NCBI GenBank assembly: GCA_963664875.1
Contig: OY761611.1
Span: 1,888,001-1,952,000, forward strand
DNA: 64,000 nucleotides
Direction of reading: 5' to 3'
From: Candidatus Kapaibacterium sp.
GTDB lineage: Bacteria > Bacteroidota > Ignavibacteria > Kapaibacteriales > UBA2268
Position 1 is the first letter of the stretch, and the number at the start of each line of letters is the position of its first letter. Shown here piece by piece: positions 9,346 through 19,257 of the stretch. The notes under the pieces were generated by a model. The model was not told the DNA's origin and made no database searches. It was given only the letters and a program-made list of their open reading frames with translations. A program made the position numbers and the translations under genes.

Positions 9346-10117
9346 TTTGAACCTTTTTGTAATTCCCATTACCTAAAAACTCAATTATACCTTGATCTCT
9401 TAAATATTGTAATTGCTGTCTTATTTTATCTTTGACGAAGTTATTATTTGGGTATTTCTTTTTAAGTTCTGTTTCAAATTTATACATCTCTTGAAGATTG
9501 AAAATATCTTTGGGAATTTGGTCTAAGCACTTCATTATATCAAGAAGCCAGCCACGCCTCTCGTGTTTGGTTTTTCTTAAAAATAAAGTATTTTGCCAAT
9601 GATTTATAACTCTTTCTTTTAATGTAGAAATTCCATTCTGAATGAGATATATTTTACCGTGATTTGGTATCTGAGCTAAGCTAATATTACACCCTATCCA
9701 ACCTGCTCGACGAGCAGTTGACGGTAATGGATTCCTTTTTTCTATCATGTTTTCAGTCATGAAGTGCTTCGGGACTAACATAAAGTTGGTAACTTTACTG
9801 TTCCGTTTGTCATAAGTCAGAAAGAAAAAGTTTGGGTTGTTATCAGCTTGAATCCTATCAATCATAGTGGAAAATGCACCATCTGCAATTTTGGAACCGA
9901 AACTAATTGCATTTTTACTTTTTAGTTCAAATTCTTCTCTACAATTATGACACGCAAAATCTGCAACTGGGCTATTATTGGGCATTGCGTTTAAGCTTTC
10001 CGCTCCACAAACTGGACAATAACTATTTCTTTTAACCCAGTCTTCAGTCAATACTCTTGCTTTTTGTGAGTTGCTCTTATAATTCTCTGCTACTGATAAA
10101 TCAAAATATATGTTCAT
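9332..10117 (-). CDS. dpnC: DpnI-like type IIM (Gm6ATC-dependent) restriction endonuclease
   Basis: YKSNSQKARVLTEDWV, CPVCG/CHNC zinc site, VADF...ELKS PD-(D/E)xK, IADGAF, ARRAGWIGCNI, winged helix NNFVKDKIRQQLQYLRD. Confidence 0.93.
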   Translation of the reverse strand: MNIYFDLSVAENYKSNSQKARVLTEDWVKRNSYCPVCGAESLNAMPNNSPVADFACHNCREEFELKSKNAISFGSKIADGAFSTMIDRIQADNNPNFFFLTYDKRNSKVTNFMLVPKHFMTENMIEKRNPLPSTARRAGWIGCNISLAQIPNHGKIYLIQNGISTLKERVINHWQNTLFLRKTKHERRGWLLDIMKCLDQIPKDIFNLQEMYKFETELKKKYPNNNFVKDKIRQQLQYLRDQGIIEFLGNGNYKKVQNENL

Positions 10118-10287
10118 ATTACACTATTCTGTTAAGCTAATTTTTCAATATACAATTTTATCTTTAAGATAGACATAGATATTCATGCTGTTGAAAATTT
10201 TTAAAAGTAGCAGAACTACTTTTTGATTTGACCCAACCTAAAATTATCTGAAGAAACTGCTCACTTTCCAATTACAAATCAAATTTT

Positions 10288-10321
10288 AAAAAAAACGCAC
10301 CCCAAATCTGAGATGCGTCTT
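10288..10321 (-). terminator. Intrinsic terminator of VIT-vWA copy 1
   Basis: Minus strand GACGCATCTCAGATTTGGGGTGCGTTTTTTTT. Confidence 0.75.
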
Positions 10322-10333
10322 CTTTTTCGCCAT

Positions 10334-13159
10334 TTATTTAGTTTTGCCGACTACTCCTTTAAGCCTAATGAAGTATTTGATATACTTATTCAAAGTTGTT
10401 TTTCCAAGATTGAGTTCGGAGTTAAAACTGATATAATGCATACAAAACTCATCTTTCGGAATTTCTACTTTACCATCAGCATTTTTTCTGAATGGATTAG
10501 TTTGGTTCATCACATTATCAATAGCGCCTTTGGTAAGCCGTGTTCCTTTCTCATCCCAGATCTCGAAGTAGAGTGTATAATTTTCTCCCTCTGGAACAAG
10601 TTTCATATTATCTGTTTTTTCTTTCCAAAGATTACCATGTTGGTATGTTTGGTAATTTTTGCCACCTAATTCAAATTTTCCAGAGGGAATAATAGTAAAT
10701 TTTGAGTTATATATACTATTTGGCTTCAATTCTCCCATTGATGTTCCTATAGCTTCAATCATTTCTTTTAGAAAATCAGAACTACTATATTCAGACTTAA
10801 TATCTTGGGCCTCCAACTCTATCGCAAAAATATTACTATTGTTGTCAGTCATAATTGAAACAGAAATATCTTTAAACAAAAATGCCTTTTGTTTTATATA
10901 CTTTGCAATTACATTATCAATATTGTCTCTGCGTTTCAAAACGAAATTGTCATATCGATAATTAACTTGGAATAAAGTAAATTCAAATATATCTCCATCT
11001 TGGAATGACTTGTCTAATTGACCATTTTTTATAGGAAATAAATGGAATCTTTGATTACTATTAATCTTATAGCAAATAGTATCTATATATTTTACGGAAT
11101 CTCTTATCCACTTTAAGTCTGACTCGTATGGCCAGTTCTCTGTGCTATATGGTCGTCTGCTAGGAGTCAACGCACTTAAGCTATACTCAACGTCTTCTCT
11201 ACCAAGCTCATACACTACATCCTCTGAAACATTATCTTTACTTACAAAGTCTTCTATATCGACTTCTTCAATGTCCTTATTTGCATTGGCTTCTTCCGGT
11301 ATTTCTGCATCTACAGCTACAAAGGAAGTGTGGTTTGTCATGAGGTGATATTTCAAACCAAGATTGATGATTTCCTCTTTGTTTCGGTCTCTGTTGTTAT
11401 AAGAATTTTCGCCGGGAAAGTCCTGGATAGTTTGCAATTTTCTTCTCGCCCAGAGGTACTTGAGTACTTTAGTGGTGTCAAGTTCTGCAAAGCGTTCCAC
11501 TTGGAAATATGTTTTCATTTCCTGCTTGCCGTTTAAGCCTGAAACACGAACAATTCCGGATGGATGCCCTTTGTATTTACCGCTAATAATAATTGGTCTT
11601 TGAGCAAATACGTCAGGAATTTTCTCAGGTACTAAGTCATAAGCATCAAAGCCTTCAAACTCGATTTTTATATCTGTCATTATAGGCGAATCGATATATT
11701 CTTTAAACTTTTTAGCTTCGCTTAGAGCTTCGTCCATGTCAGTGATAATAAATGGTTCACTCATAGAAATATTTGCAAGCCCTTCTATGATGTAACGATT
11801 GACAGAAGTACCGATACCAAACGGGAATATATTGCCTTTATCTAATTTTTGCGAAACGTATTCAATCACCTCAAGATCCGCTGTAATGAAGCCGTCAGTT
11901 ATCAAAATCACGGAACGTGAATAGCCGTCTGTTTTTGGCAAGTCCATAGCTCTTTTGAGAGCAGGAAGGAGCTGTGTTCCGCCACCACCTCTTTCATTAG
12001 AAAGGAAATCAAAGCCTTCTTGGAGGTTATCTAATGTTGCAGGCATAGACTTATCAGATAAAACTTCATTGCTACCTGCGAACTTGATTACATTAAACAT
12101 ATCAGTTTCGTTTGTGCCTTCAAGAAGATTACCGTATAGCTCGATTGCTGTCTGAATTGGCTTCCCGTTCATAGAACCGGAAACATCCACAACAAACACA
12201 TATTCTCTCGGCAAAATCTCTTCTGCCGGCACACGGCGAGGTGCTTGAAGCATAAGTAGGAAGAAGTTTTCTTCTTCGCCTTCGTGAATCATTAGTCCGG
12301 TCTCTACTTTTTGACTTTCCATCTCGTAATTGAGAATAAAGTCTCTGTTCAGCTCAGTTTCGTTATTTAAACGAATAGTAGTTTTGCCGTCTTTTTTCTC
12401 AGTTGCAACATTGTGTGATTTGCACGATACTTTTGCAATATCGAAAATAGAAGATATACTAACATTTATATCAAAGTCGATTTTCTTGTTCGCATACATA
12501 TTCTCATATAACTTATATTCACCTCGTTCTCCGACTTCCTCAAACACATTCTGATATCTTTTACCAATTTTTGTTGGCAGCACAAAACTATAGACATAAT
12601 CTTTGTATTGGATTATCTCAGAGTATTCCACAACAACCTGAATAGTATCACCGGGATAAATATTTGCAACTTCAGTAGTAAATATATTTGGTTTTACCTG
12701 AGAGAGGAGTGAGGCACGCTTGCCTTCAGACTTCGCTTTTTCAAAAGTCTCCTTTGCTTCCTGCTTTTCCTGAATCTGAGCATAAATGATTCTATCTTTT
12801 ATTTTCATCATCATGCCATGCACCGCAGCCTGAGTTGAACCCGGGAAGCGGTAAATAGCATCAATCTTTTCTTTGGAAGTATTGACAAAAGTCTGAGTCA
12901 GCTTAACACTTGCAATGTTTCCAACTATGTCAACATCTGCCTTATAAGCTTTGAGAGGAAATTCTATTGTTTCCCGGTCGATTGTGTAGTACATAATAGG
13001 CATAGATACATCTTCATCATTGTATCCATAATATCCGCCACCATAATAACTTGGAGCTGGTGGGCTACTCACAGCCTCATTTTCTCTTATCTCGAAAAAT
13101 AACACTGCCGCTGTCAAAACAAAAAACGCAATCAAAAAATTCTTCATTAACTTCTCCAT
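10334..13159 (-). CDS. Secreted VIT + vWA domain protein, paralogue 1
   Basis: Signal peptide, VIT domain (ASVKLTQTFVN...YRFP...AAVHGM), vWA MIDAS DVSGSM / GGGT / ITDG, and unknown C-terminal domains. Confidence 0.88.
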   Translation of the reverse strand: MEKLMKNFLIAFFVLTAAVLFFEIRENEAVSSPPAPSYYGGGYYGYNDEDVSMPIMYYTIDRETIEFPLKAYKADVDIVGNIASVKLTQTFVNTSKEKIDAIYRFPGSTQAAVHGMMMKIKDRIIYAQIQEKQEAKETFEKAKSEGKRASLLSQVKPNIFTTEVANIYPGDTIQVVVEYSEIIQYKDYVYSFVLPTKIGKRYQNVFEEVGERGEYKLYENMYANKKIDFDINVSISSIFDIAKVSCKSHNVATEKKDGKTTIRLNNETELNRDFILNYEMESQKVETGLMIHEGEEENFFLLMLQAPRRVPAEEILPREYVFVVDVSGSMNGKPIQTAIELYGNLLEGTNETDMFNVIKFAGSNEVLSDKSMPATLDNLQEGFDFLSNERGGGGTQLLPALKRAMDLPKTDGYSRSVILITDGFITADLEVIEYVSQKLDKGNIFPFGIGTSVNRYIIEGLANISMSEPFIITDMDEALSEAKKFKEYIDSPIMTDIKIEFEGFDAYDLVPEKIPDVFAQRPIIISGKYKGHPSGIVRVSGLNGKQEMKTYFQVERFAELDTTKVLKYLWARRKLQTIQDFPGENSYNNRDRNKEEIINLGLKYHLMTNHTSFVAVDAEIPEEANANKDIEEVDIEDFVSKDNVSEDVVYELGREDVEYSLSALTPSRRPYSTENWPYESDLKWIRDSVKYIDTICYKINSNQRFHLFPIKNGQLDKSFQDGDIFEFTLFQVNYRYDNFVLKRRDNIDNVIAKYIKQKAFLFKDISVSIMTDNNSNIFAIELEAQDIKSEYSSSDFLKEMIEAIGTSMGELKPNSIYNSKFTIIPSGKFELGGKNYQTYQHGNLWKEKTDNMKLVPEGENYTLYFEIWDEKGTRLTKGAIDNVMNQTNPFRKNADGKVEIPKDEFCMHYISFNSELNLGKTTLNKYIKYFIRLKGVVGKTK

Positions 13160-13275
13160 ACTTACCTCTCTCGAGATATTTTATAATAAGTTTTCAAAAT
13201 CAAGTGTTGGATTGAGGCTTGTGTTTTATACAACTAAGGACATCCATCTTTCAATTTAATTACAAATCAAATTTT

Positions 13276-13309
13276 AAAAAAAACGCACCCCAAATTTGAG
13301 ATGCGTCTT
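13276..13309 (-). terminator. Intrinsic terminator of VIT-vWA copy 2
   Basis: Near-identical to the copy 1 terminator. Confidence 0.75.
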
Positions 13310-13321
13310 CTTTTTCGCCAT

Positions 13322-16132
13322 TTATTTAGTTTTGCCGACTACTCCTTTAAGCCTAATGAAGTATTTGATATACTTATTCAAAGTTGTTTTTCCAAGATTG
13401 AGTTCGGAGTTAAAACTGATATAATGCATACAAAACTCATCTTTCGGAATTTCTACTTTACCATCAGCATTTTTGATAAACGGATTAGTTTGGTTCATCA
13501 CATTATCAATAGCCCCTTTGGCAAGCTGCCTTCCTTCCTCATCCCATATCTCGAAGTAGAGTGTGTAATTTTCTCTCTCTGGAATAAGTTTCATATTATC
13601 TGTGTTTTCTTTCCAAAGATTACCATGTTGGTATGTTTGGTAATTTTTGCCAAAAAATTGAAACTTGCCGGATGGCTCTATTTTGAAGGTTAATGGATAA
13701 ATTGTATTAGGTTTTGTATCCTTTAATTCTTTCGCTATTGTTCTAATTAGATCATCTACAAGATTAGACAAATTCTTAGCATTAATAAATTTATCTTTTG
13801 CGATTTTGATTGCATAAAACTGATTGTTTTCGTCAATAACTATTTCCATATTGTAAATGGATTCTACGAAAGTGTACTTCCCAAATTCGTCTGTTAAGCG
13901 CTTAACGATAGAGTTTCTATCCTTCAAGATTTCAGTTTCTATGTCGTAATTTGGCTGTCTAATTAGTTTTCTTGATGTATCATTCATAGTATTAGGTTTG
14001 TCCGACACACTGTTTCTAACTATGAAAAGTGAATCAGGATAAGCTCCTTCATTATACATTTTACTTTCAAAATCAACATTATAAGCACACCCCAACACTT
14101 CCCTTAGATTGACTCCCGGAGCTGCTGCACTACTCATTACATCCATACAAGCAAACTCTTGAAGTTTCTCTCTTCCAAGCTCATACACTACATCCTCTGA
14201 ACTATTACCTGTACTTACAAAGTCTTCTATATCGACTTCATCAATGTCCTTATTTGCATTGGCTTCTTCCGGTATTTCTGCATCTACAGCCACAAAAGAA
14301 GTGTGGTTTGTCATGAGGTGATATTTCAAACCAAGATTGATGATTTCCTCTTTGTTTCGGTCTCTGTTGTTATAAGAATTTTCGCCGGGAAAGTCCTGGA
14401 TAGTTTGCAATTTTCTTCTCGCCCAGAGGTACTTGAGTACTTTAGTGGTGTCAAGTTCTGCAAAGCGTTCCACTTGAAAATATGTTTTCATTTCCTGCTT
14501 GCCGTTTGAGCCTGAAACACGAACAATTCCGGATGGATGCCCCTTGTATTTACCGCTAATAATAATTGGTCTTTGAGCAAATACGTCAGGAATTTTCTCA
14601 GGTACTAAGTCATAAGCTTCAAAGTTTTCAAACTCTATCTTAATATCTGTCATCAACGGTGAATCGATATATTCTTTAAACTTTTTGGCTTCACTCAGAG
14701 CTTCGTCCATGTCCGTGATTATAAATGGTTCACTCATAGAAATATTTGCAAGACCTTCTATGATGTAACGATTGACAGAAGTCCCAATGCCAAACGGAAA
14801 TATATTGCCTTTATCTAAGTTTTGCGAAACGTATTCAATCACCTCAAGATCCGCTGTGATAAAGCCGTCAGTTATCAAAATCACGGAACGTGAATAGCCG
14901 TCTGTTTTTGGCAAGTCCATAGCTCTTTTGAGAGCAGGAAGGAGCTCTGTTCCGCCACCACCTCTTTCATTAGAAAGGAAATCAAAGCCTTCTTGGAGGT
15001 TATCTTTTGTTGCAGGCATAGACTTATCAGCTAATACTTCATTGCTACCTGCGAATTTGATTACATTGAACATATCAGTTTCGTTTGTACCTTCAAGAAG
15101 ATTGCCGTATAGCTCGATTGCTGTCTGAATTGGCTTCCCGTTCATAGAACCGGAAACATCCACAACAAACACATATTCTCTTGGCAAAATCTCTTCGGCA
15201 GGCACACGGCGAGGCGCTTGAAGCATAAGAAGGAAGAAGTTTTCTTCTTCGCCTTCGTGAATAATTAGTCCGGTCTCTACTTTTTGACTTTCCATCTCGT
15301 AATTGAGAATAAAGTCTCTGTCCAGCTCAGTTTCTTCATTTAATCTAATAATAGTTTTGCCGTCTTTTTTCTCTGTTATAACATTATGTGATTTGCACGA
15401 TGCTTTTGCAATATCGAAGATAGAAGAAATGCTGACATTTATATCAAAGTCGATTTTCTTGTTCGCATACATATTCTCATATAACTTATATTCACCTCTT
15501 TCTCCGACTTCCTCAAACACATTCTGATATCTTTTACCAATTTTTGTTGGCAGCACAAAGCTATAAACATAATCTTTGTATTGGATTATCTCAGAGTATT
15601 CCACAACAACCTGAATAGTATCACCGGGATAGATATTTGCTACTTCAGTAGTAAAGATATTTGGTTTTACCTGAGAGAGGAGTGAGGCACGCTTGCCTTC
15701 AGACTTCGCTTTTTCAAAAGTCTCTTTTGCCTCCTGCTTTTCCTGAATCTGAGCATATATGATTCTATCTTTTATTTTCATCATCATGCCATGCACAGCA
15801 GCCTGAGTTGAGCCCGGGAAGCGGTAAATAGCATCAATCTTTTCTTTGGAAGTATTGACAAAAGTCTGAGTCAGCTTAACACTTGCAATGTTTCCAACTA
15901 TGTCAACATCTGCCTTATAAGCTTTGAGAGGAAATTCTATTGTTTCCCTGTCGATTGTGTAATACATAATAGGCATAGATACATCTTCATCATTGTATCC
16001 ATAATATCCACCACCATAATAACTTGGTGCTGGGGGGCTACTCACAGCCTCATTTTCTCTTATCTCGAAAAATAACACTGCCGCTGTAAAAACAAAAAAT
16101 GCAATCAAAAAATTCTTCATTAACTTCTCCAT
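13322..16132 (-). CDS. Secreted VIT + vWA domain protein, paralogue 2
   Basis: Nearly identical to paralogue 1 except for the internal variable segment. Confidence 0.88.
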   Translation of the reverse strand: MEKLMKNFLIAFFVFTAAVLFFEIRENEAVSSPPAPSYYGGGYYGYNDEDVSMPIMYYTIDRETIEFPLKAYKADVDIVGNIASVKLTQTFVNTSKEKIDAIYRFPGSTQAAVHGMMMKIKDRIIYAQIQEKQEAKETFEKAKSEGKRASLLSQVKPNIFTTEVANIYPGDTIQVVVEYSEIIQYKDYVYSFVLPTKIGKRYQNVFEEVGERGEYKLYENMYANKKIDFDINVSISSIFDIAKASCKSHNVITEKKDGKTIIRLNEETELDRDFILNYEMESQKVETGLIIHEGEEENFFLLMLQAPRRVPAEEILPREYVFVVDVSGSMNGKPIQTAIELYGNLLEGTNETDMFNVIKFAGSNEVLADKSMPATKDNLQEGFDFLSNERGGGGTELLPALKRAMDLPKTDGYSRSVILITDGFITADLEVIEYVSQNLDKGNIFPFGIGTSVNRYIIEGLANISMSEPFIITDMDEALSEAKKFKEYIDSPLMTDIKIEFENFEAYDLVPEKIPDVFAQRPIIISGKYKGHPSGIVRVSGSNGKQEMKTYFQVERFAELDTTKVLKYLWARRKLQTIQDFPGENSYNNRDRNKEEIINLGLKYHLMTNHTSFVAVDAEIPEEANANKDIDEVDIEDFVSTGNSSEDVVYELGREKLQEFACMDVMSSAAAPGVNLREVLGCAYNVDFESKMYNEGAYPDSLFIVRNSVSDKPNTMNDTSRKLIRQPNYDIETEILKDRNSIVKRLTDEFGKYTFVESIYNMEIVIDENNQFYAIKIAKDKFINAKNLSNLVDDLIRTIAKELKDTKPNTIYPLTFKIEPSGKFQFFGKNYQTYQHGNLWKENTDNMKLIPERENYTLYFEIWDEEGRQLAKGAIDNVMNQTNPFIKNADGKVEIPKDEFCMHYISFNSELNLGKTTLNKYIKYFIRLKGVVGKTK

Positions 16133-16248
16133 ACTTACCTCTCTCGAGATATTTTATAATATGTTTTAGATTCAAGTGTGGGAGTGAGGCTTGTGTTTTA
16201 TACAACTAAGCACATCTATCTTTCAATTTAATGACAAATTATACAAAG

Positions 16249-16280
16249 AAAACGCACCCCATGCTATGAGAATGCGTCTT
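16249..16280 (-). terminator. Intrinsic terminator of VIT-vWA copy 3
   Basis: Diverged version of the same hairpin (GACGCAT...GTGCGTTTT on the minus strand). Confidence 0.6.
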
Positions 16281-16294
16281 CTCGGTTTACTTAT

Positions 16295-19192
16295 CTATTC
16301 ATTGCCGGCTTCTGACATAATGCCTTTTAATTTGATATAGTAATTTTGGTATTGCTTTAGCTCCTCATCTCCCAGCTTAAAGCTGTTTTGAAGTTGAGCG
16401 TAGTGCATGCAGAATTTATCCTGCGGTATCGAGATATTCCCTTGTAAGTTTCTGACAAATGGATTTGTCTCGTTCATCAAATTATCAATCGTACCTTTGG
16501 CAACAAGCTTTTTGTCTTTGTCCCATATCTCAAAGTATAGAGTGTAAGTTCTTCCGCCTTTTATCATAGTCATATCGTCTATGCTTTCACGCCAGAAGAG
16601 ATTCTGTTCAAATGCAGTTTCGTAATCTATACCTTCTAAATTAAATTTACCCGAAGGATTGAGTTTGATAGAAGCACCGTAAATAGTATTGGCTTGAGGA
16701 TCATCCAATTCATCAGCTATAGTTTCAATTATTTCTTTTATGAATGCCTGCATATCCTTCACTTCTGTAAAACTACTTACAGGTAATTCAATCAGGCACA
16801 AATCATCATTGTTATCAACAATAAATTCAATATTATACTTGTTCCAAGTAAAGGAAGGCAATCCAAGGTGTTTAATAAACACTTTTTCTAATGGCTTCAA
16901 ATCATCCATAACAGATTCAATATTTTGATATTCCAAATCGACTATGTCTAATTGTACTGTATCGCCAACATTAAATGACTCGTCTAACTTACCGTCTTTT
17001 ATAGGATAACTTTGAGCAACTGCTCCGGAGCTTCCAAAATCAATTTTATCAAGGAAATTGCCTTTTGAATCCCCGACTACTATATTCCCGTATCCGCTAC
17101 TTATATTACTTTTCATAGGAAAGTATTTTGAACCACTAATTCCCATTCCGCCGGTAAACTTATTGGTCATATCTAAACCATCAACTAAGATTTGTGTTTC
17201 CGAATCTCTTGAACCTGAGCCGGAGTTAGGTCCTAGAATCGCTACTATGTTTTCACTCACAACTTTAGACATTTTTTCTGCTGTTATCACATTTGGAGCA
17301 GCTGTTTTAGGAAGATGTGCTTTCTTGTTGTTATAATCCGGTTCTTCATTCTGATTTTCTTCTTTTTCGATAACTTCAGTGTCCACCGCCACAAACGAAG
17401 TGTGGTTTGTCATAAGATGATATTTCAAACCAAGATTTATGATTTCCTCTTTGTTTCGGTCTTGTCTGACATAATGATATACGCCCGGGAAGTCCTGAAT
17501 AGTTTGCAGTTTTCTTCTCGCCCAGAGGTATTTCAATGTTTGTGAAGTGTCGAGTTCTGCAAAGCGTTCCACTTGGAAATATGTTTTCATTTCCTGCTTG
17601 CCGTTTAAGCCCGAAACACGAACTATTCCGGATGGATGCCCTTTGTATTTACCACTAATAATAATCGGTCTTTGAGCAAATACATCAGGAATTTTCTCAG
17701 GAACTAAGTCATAAGCATCAAAGTTTTCAAACTCAATTTTTATATCAGTCATTACAGGTGAGTCGATATATTCTTTAAACTTTTTGGCTTCACTTAGCGC
17801 TTCGTCCATGTCCGTGATTATAAATGGTTCACTCATAGATAGGTTTGAAAGCCCTTCTATTAAGTACCTGTTTACAGAGTTTCCGATACCAAACGGAAAT
17901 ATATTTCCTTTGTCTAAATTTTTAGAAACGTACTCTATAACATCTATATCAGCAGTTATAAAGCCGTCAGTTATCAAAATCACGGAGCGGGAATAGCCGT
18001 CTGTTTTTGGCAAATCCATAGCCCTTTTGAGAGCAGGAAGAAGCTCTGTTCCGCCACCACCTCTTTCATTTGAAAGGAAGTCGAAACCTTTTTGGAGGTT
18101 ATCTTTTGTTGCAGGCATTGATTTTTCAGCTAATACTTCATTACTGCCTGCAAATTTGATTACATTGAACATATCAGTTTCGTTTGTGCCTTCAAGAAGA
18201 TTGCCATATAGCTCAATTGCTGTCTGAATTGGCTTACCGTTCATAGATCCTGAAACATCCACAACAAACACATATTCTCTTGGTAAGATCTCTTCTGCCG
18301 GCACACGGCGAGGCGCTTGAAGCATAAGAAGGAAGAAGTTTTCTTCTTCGCCTTCGTGAATCATTAGTCCGGTCTCTACTTTTTGACTTTCCATCTCGTA
18401 ATTGAGAATAAAGTCTCTATCGAGCGGTGTAGGTGTGTCCATTTTGATAATAGTTTTGCCGTCTTTTTCATCTTTTTTTATTTGATGAGTTTTAGAATAA
18501 ACATTGGCTATATCAAAAATCGAAGAGATATTGACATTGATATCGAAGTCAATGTATTTGCCTGCATAAATATTTGCATACACATCATATTCACCTCTTG
18601 TGCCGGTCTTTTCATACATACCCTGATATCGTTCGCCTATTTTGGTAGGTAAAACAAAGCTATAAGTATAGTCTTTGTAGGTAATAATTTCAGAATAATC
18701 TACTATAACCTGAATAGTATCGCCGGGGTAGATATTAGCAACTTCAGTAGTGAATACATTAGGTCTTTCTTGCGAGAGTAATGATGCACGCTTGCCTTCG
18801 GACTTTGCTATTTCGTAAGTCTGTCTTGCTTCCTGTTTCTCCTGAATCTGAGCATAGATGACTCTGTCTTTTATTTTCATAGTCATGCCATGCACAGCAG
18901 CTTGAGTTGAGCCCGGGAAGCGATAAGTAGCATCAATCTTTTCTTTCGAAGTATTGACAAAAGTCTGAGTCAGCTTAACGCTCGCGATATTGCCAACAAT
19001 GTCAACATCTGCATTATAGGCTTTGAGAGGAAATTCGCGAGGCTCGTTATCCAAAATGTAATACATAATCGGAATTGAAAACTCATCGCCGTAATAATTT
19101 GCATAAGGGTTATATGCATAAGCTTTTTCGGGTTGTCCTTTAAAAAACATTGCAGCACATAAAACTAAAATCAAAGCAAAAATATTCTTCAT
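16295..19192 (-). CDS. Secreted VIT + vWA domain protein, paralogue 3
   Basis: Same VIT/vWA core, more diverged N- and C-termini. Start set at MKNIF (GGAG upstream); the ORF track starts at 19228. Confidence 0.88.
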   Translation of the reverse strand: MKNIFALILVLCAAMFFKGQPEKAYAYNPYANYYGDEFSIPIMYYILDNEPREFPLKAYNADVDIVGNIASVKLTQTFVNTSKEKIDATYRFPGSTQAAVHGMTMKIKDRVIYAQIQEKQEARQTYEIAKSEGKRASLLSQERPNVFTTEVANIYPGDTIQVIVDYSEIITYKDYTYSFVLPTKIGERYQGMYEKTGTRGEYDVYANIYAGKYIDFDINVNISSIFDIANVYSKTHQIKKDEKDGKTIIKMDTPTPLDRDFILNYEMESQKVETGLMIHEGEEENFFLLMLQAPRRVPAEEILPREYVFVVDVSGSMNGKPIQTAIELYGNLLEGTNETDMFNVIKFAGSNEVLAEKSMPATKDNLQKGFDFLSNERGGGGTELLPALKRAMDLPKTDGYSRSVILITDGFITADIDVIEYVSKNLDKGNIFPFGIGNSVNRYLIEGLSNLSMSEPFIITDMDEALSEAKKFKEYIDSPVMTDIKIEFENFDAYDLVPEKIPDVFAQRPIIISGKYKGHPSGIVRVSGLNGKQEMKTYFQVERFAELDTSQTLKYLWARRKLQTIQDFPGVYHYVRQDRNKEEIINLGLKYHLMTNHTSFVAVDTEVIEKEENQNEEPDYNNKKAHLPKTAAPNVITAEKMSKVVSENIVAILGPNSGSGSRDSETQILVDGLDMTNKFTGGMGISGSKYFPMKSNISSGYGNIVVGDSKGNFLDKIDFGSSGAVAQSYPIKDGKLDESFNVGDTVQLDIVDLEYQNIESVMDDLKPLEKVFIKHLGLPSFTWNKYNIEFIVDNNDDLCLIELPVSSFTEVKDMQAFIKEIIETIADELDDPQANTIYGASIKLNPSGKFNLEGIDYETAFEQNLFWRESIDDMTMIKGGRTYTLYFEIWDKDKKLVAKGTIDNLMNETNPFVRNLQGNISIPQDKFCMHYAQLQNSFKLGDEELKQYQNYYIKLKGIMSEAGNE

Positions 19193-19257
19193 AATCCTGT
19201 CTCCATAATTGGCTTTCTTATAAGACATTATAAATCAGAAATTAGTTACAAAAAAAT

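Larger units (their letters stand above)
10271..19192. repeat. Tandem triplication of a ~2.98 kb gene unit
   Basis: Stop codons at 10334, 13322 and 16295 (periods 2988 and 2973). Intergenics 13160-13321 and 16133-16294 are homologous. Confidence 0.95.

Noticed and set aside
10334-19192. Diversity-generating retroelement behind the VIT-vWA variation
   Set aside because: No reverse transcriptase or template repeat in the window, and differences between copies are not adenine-specific.
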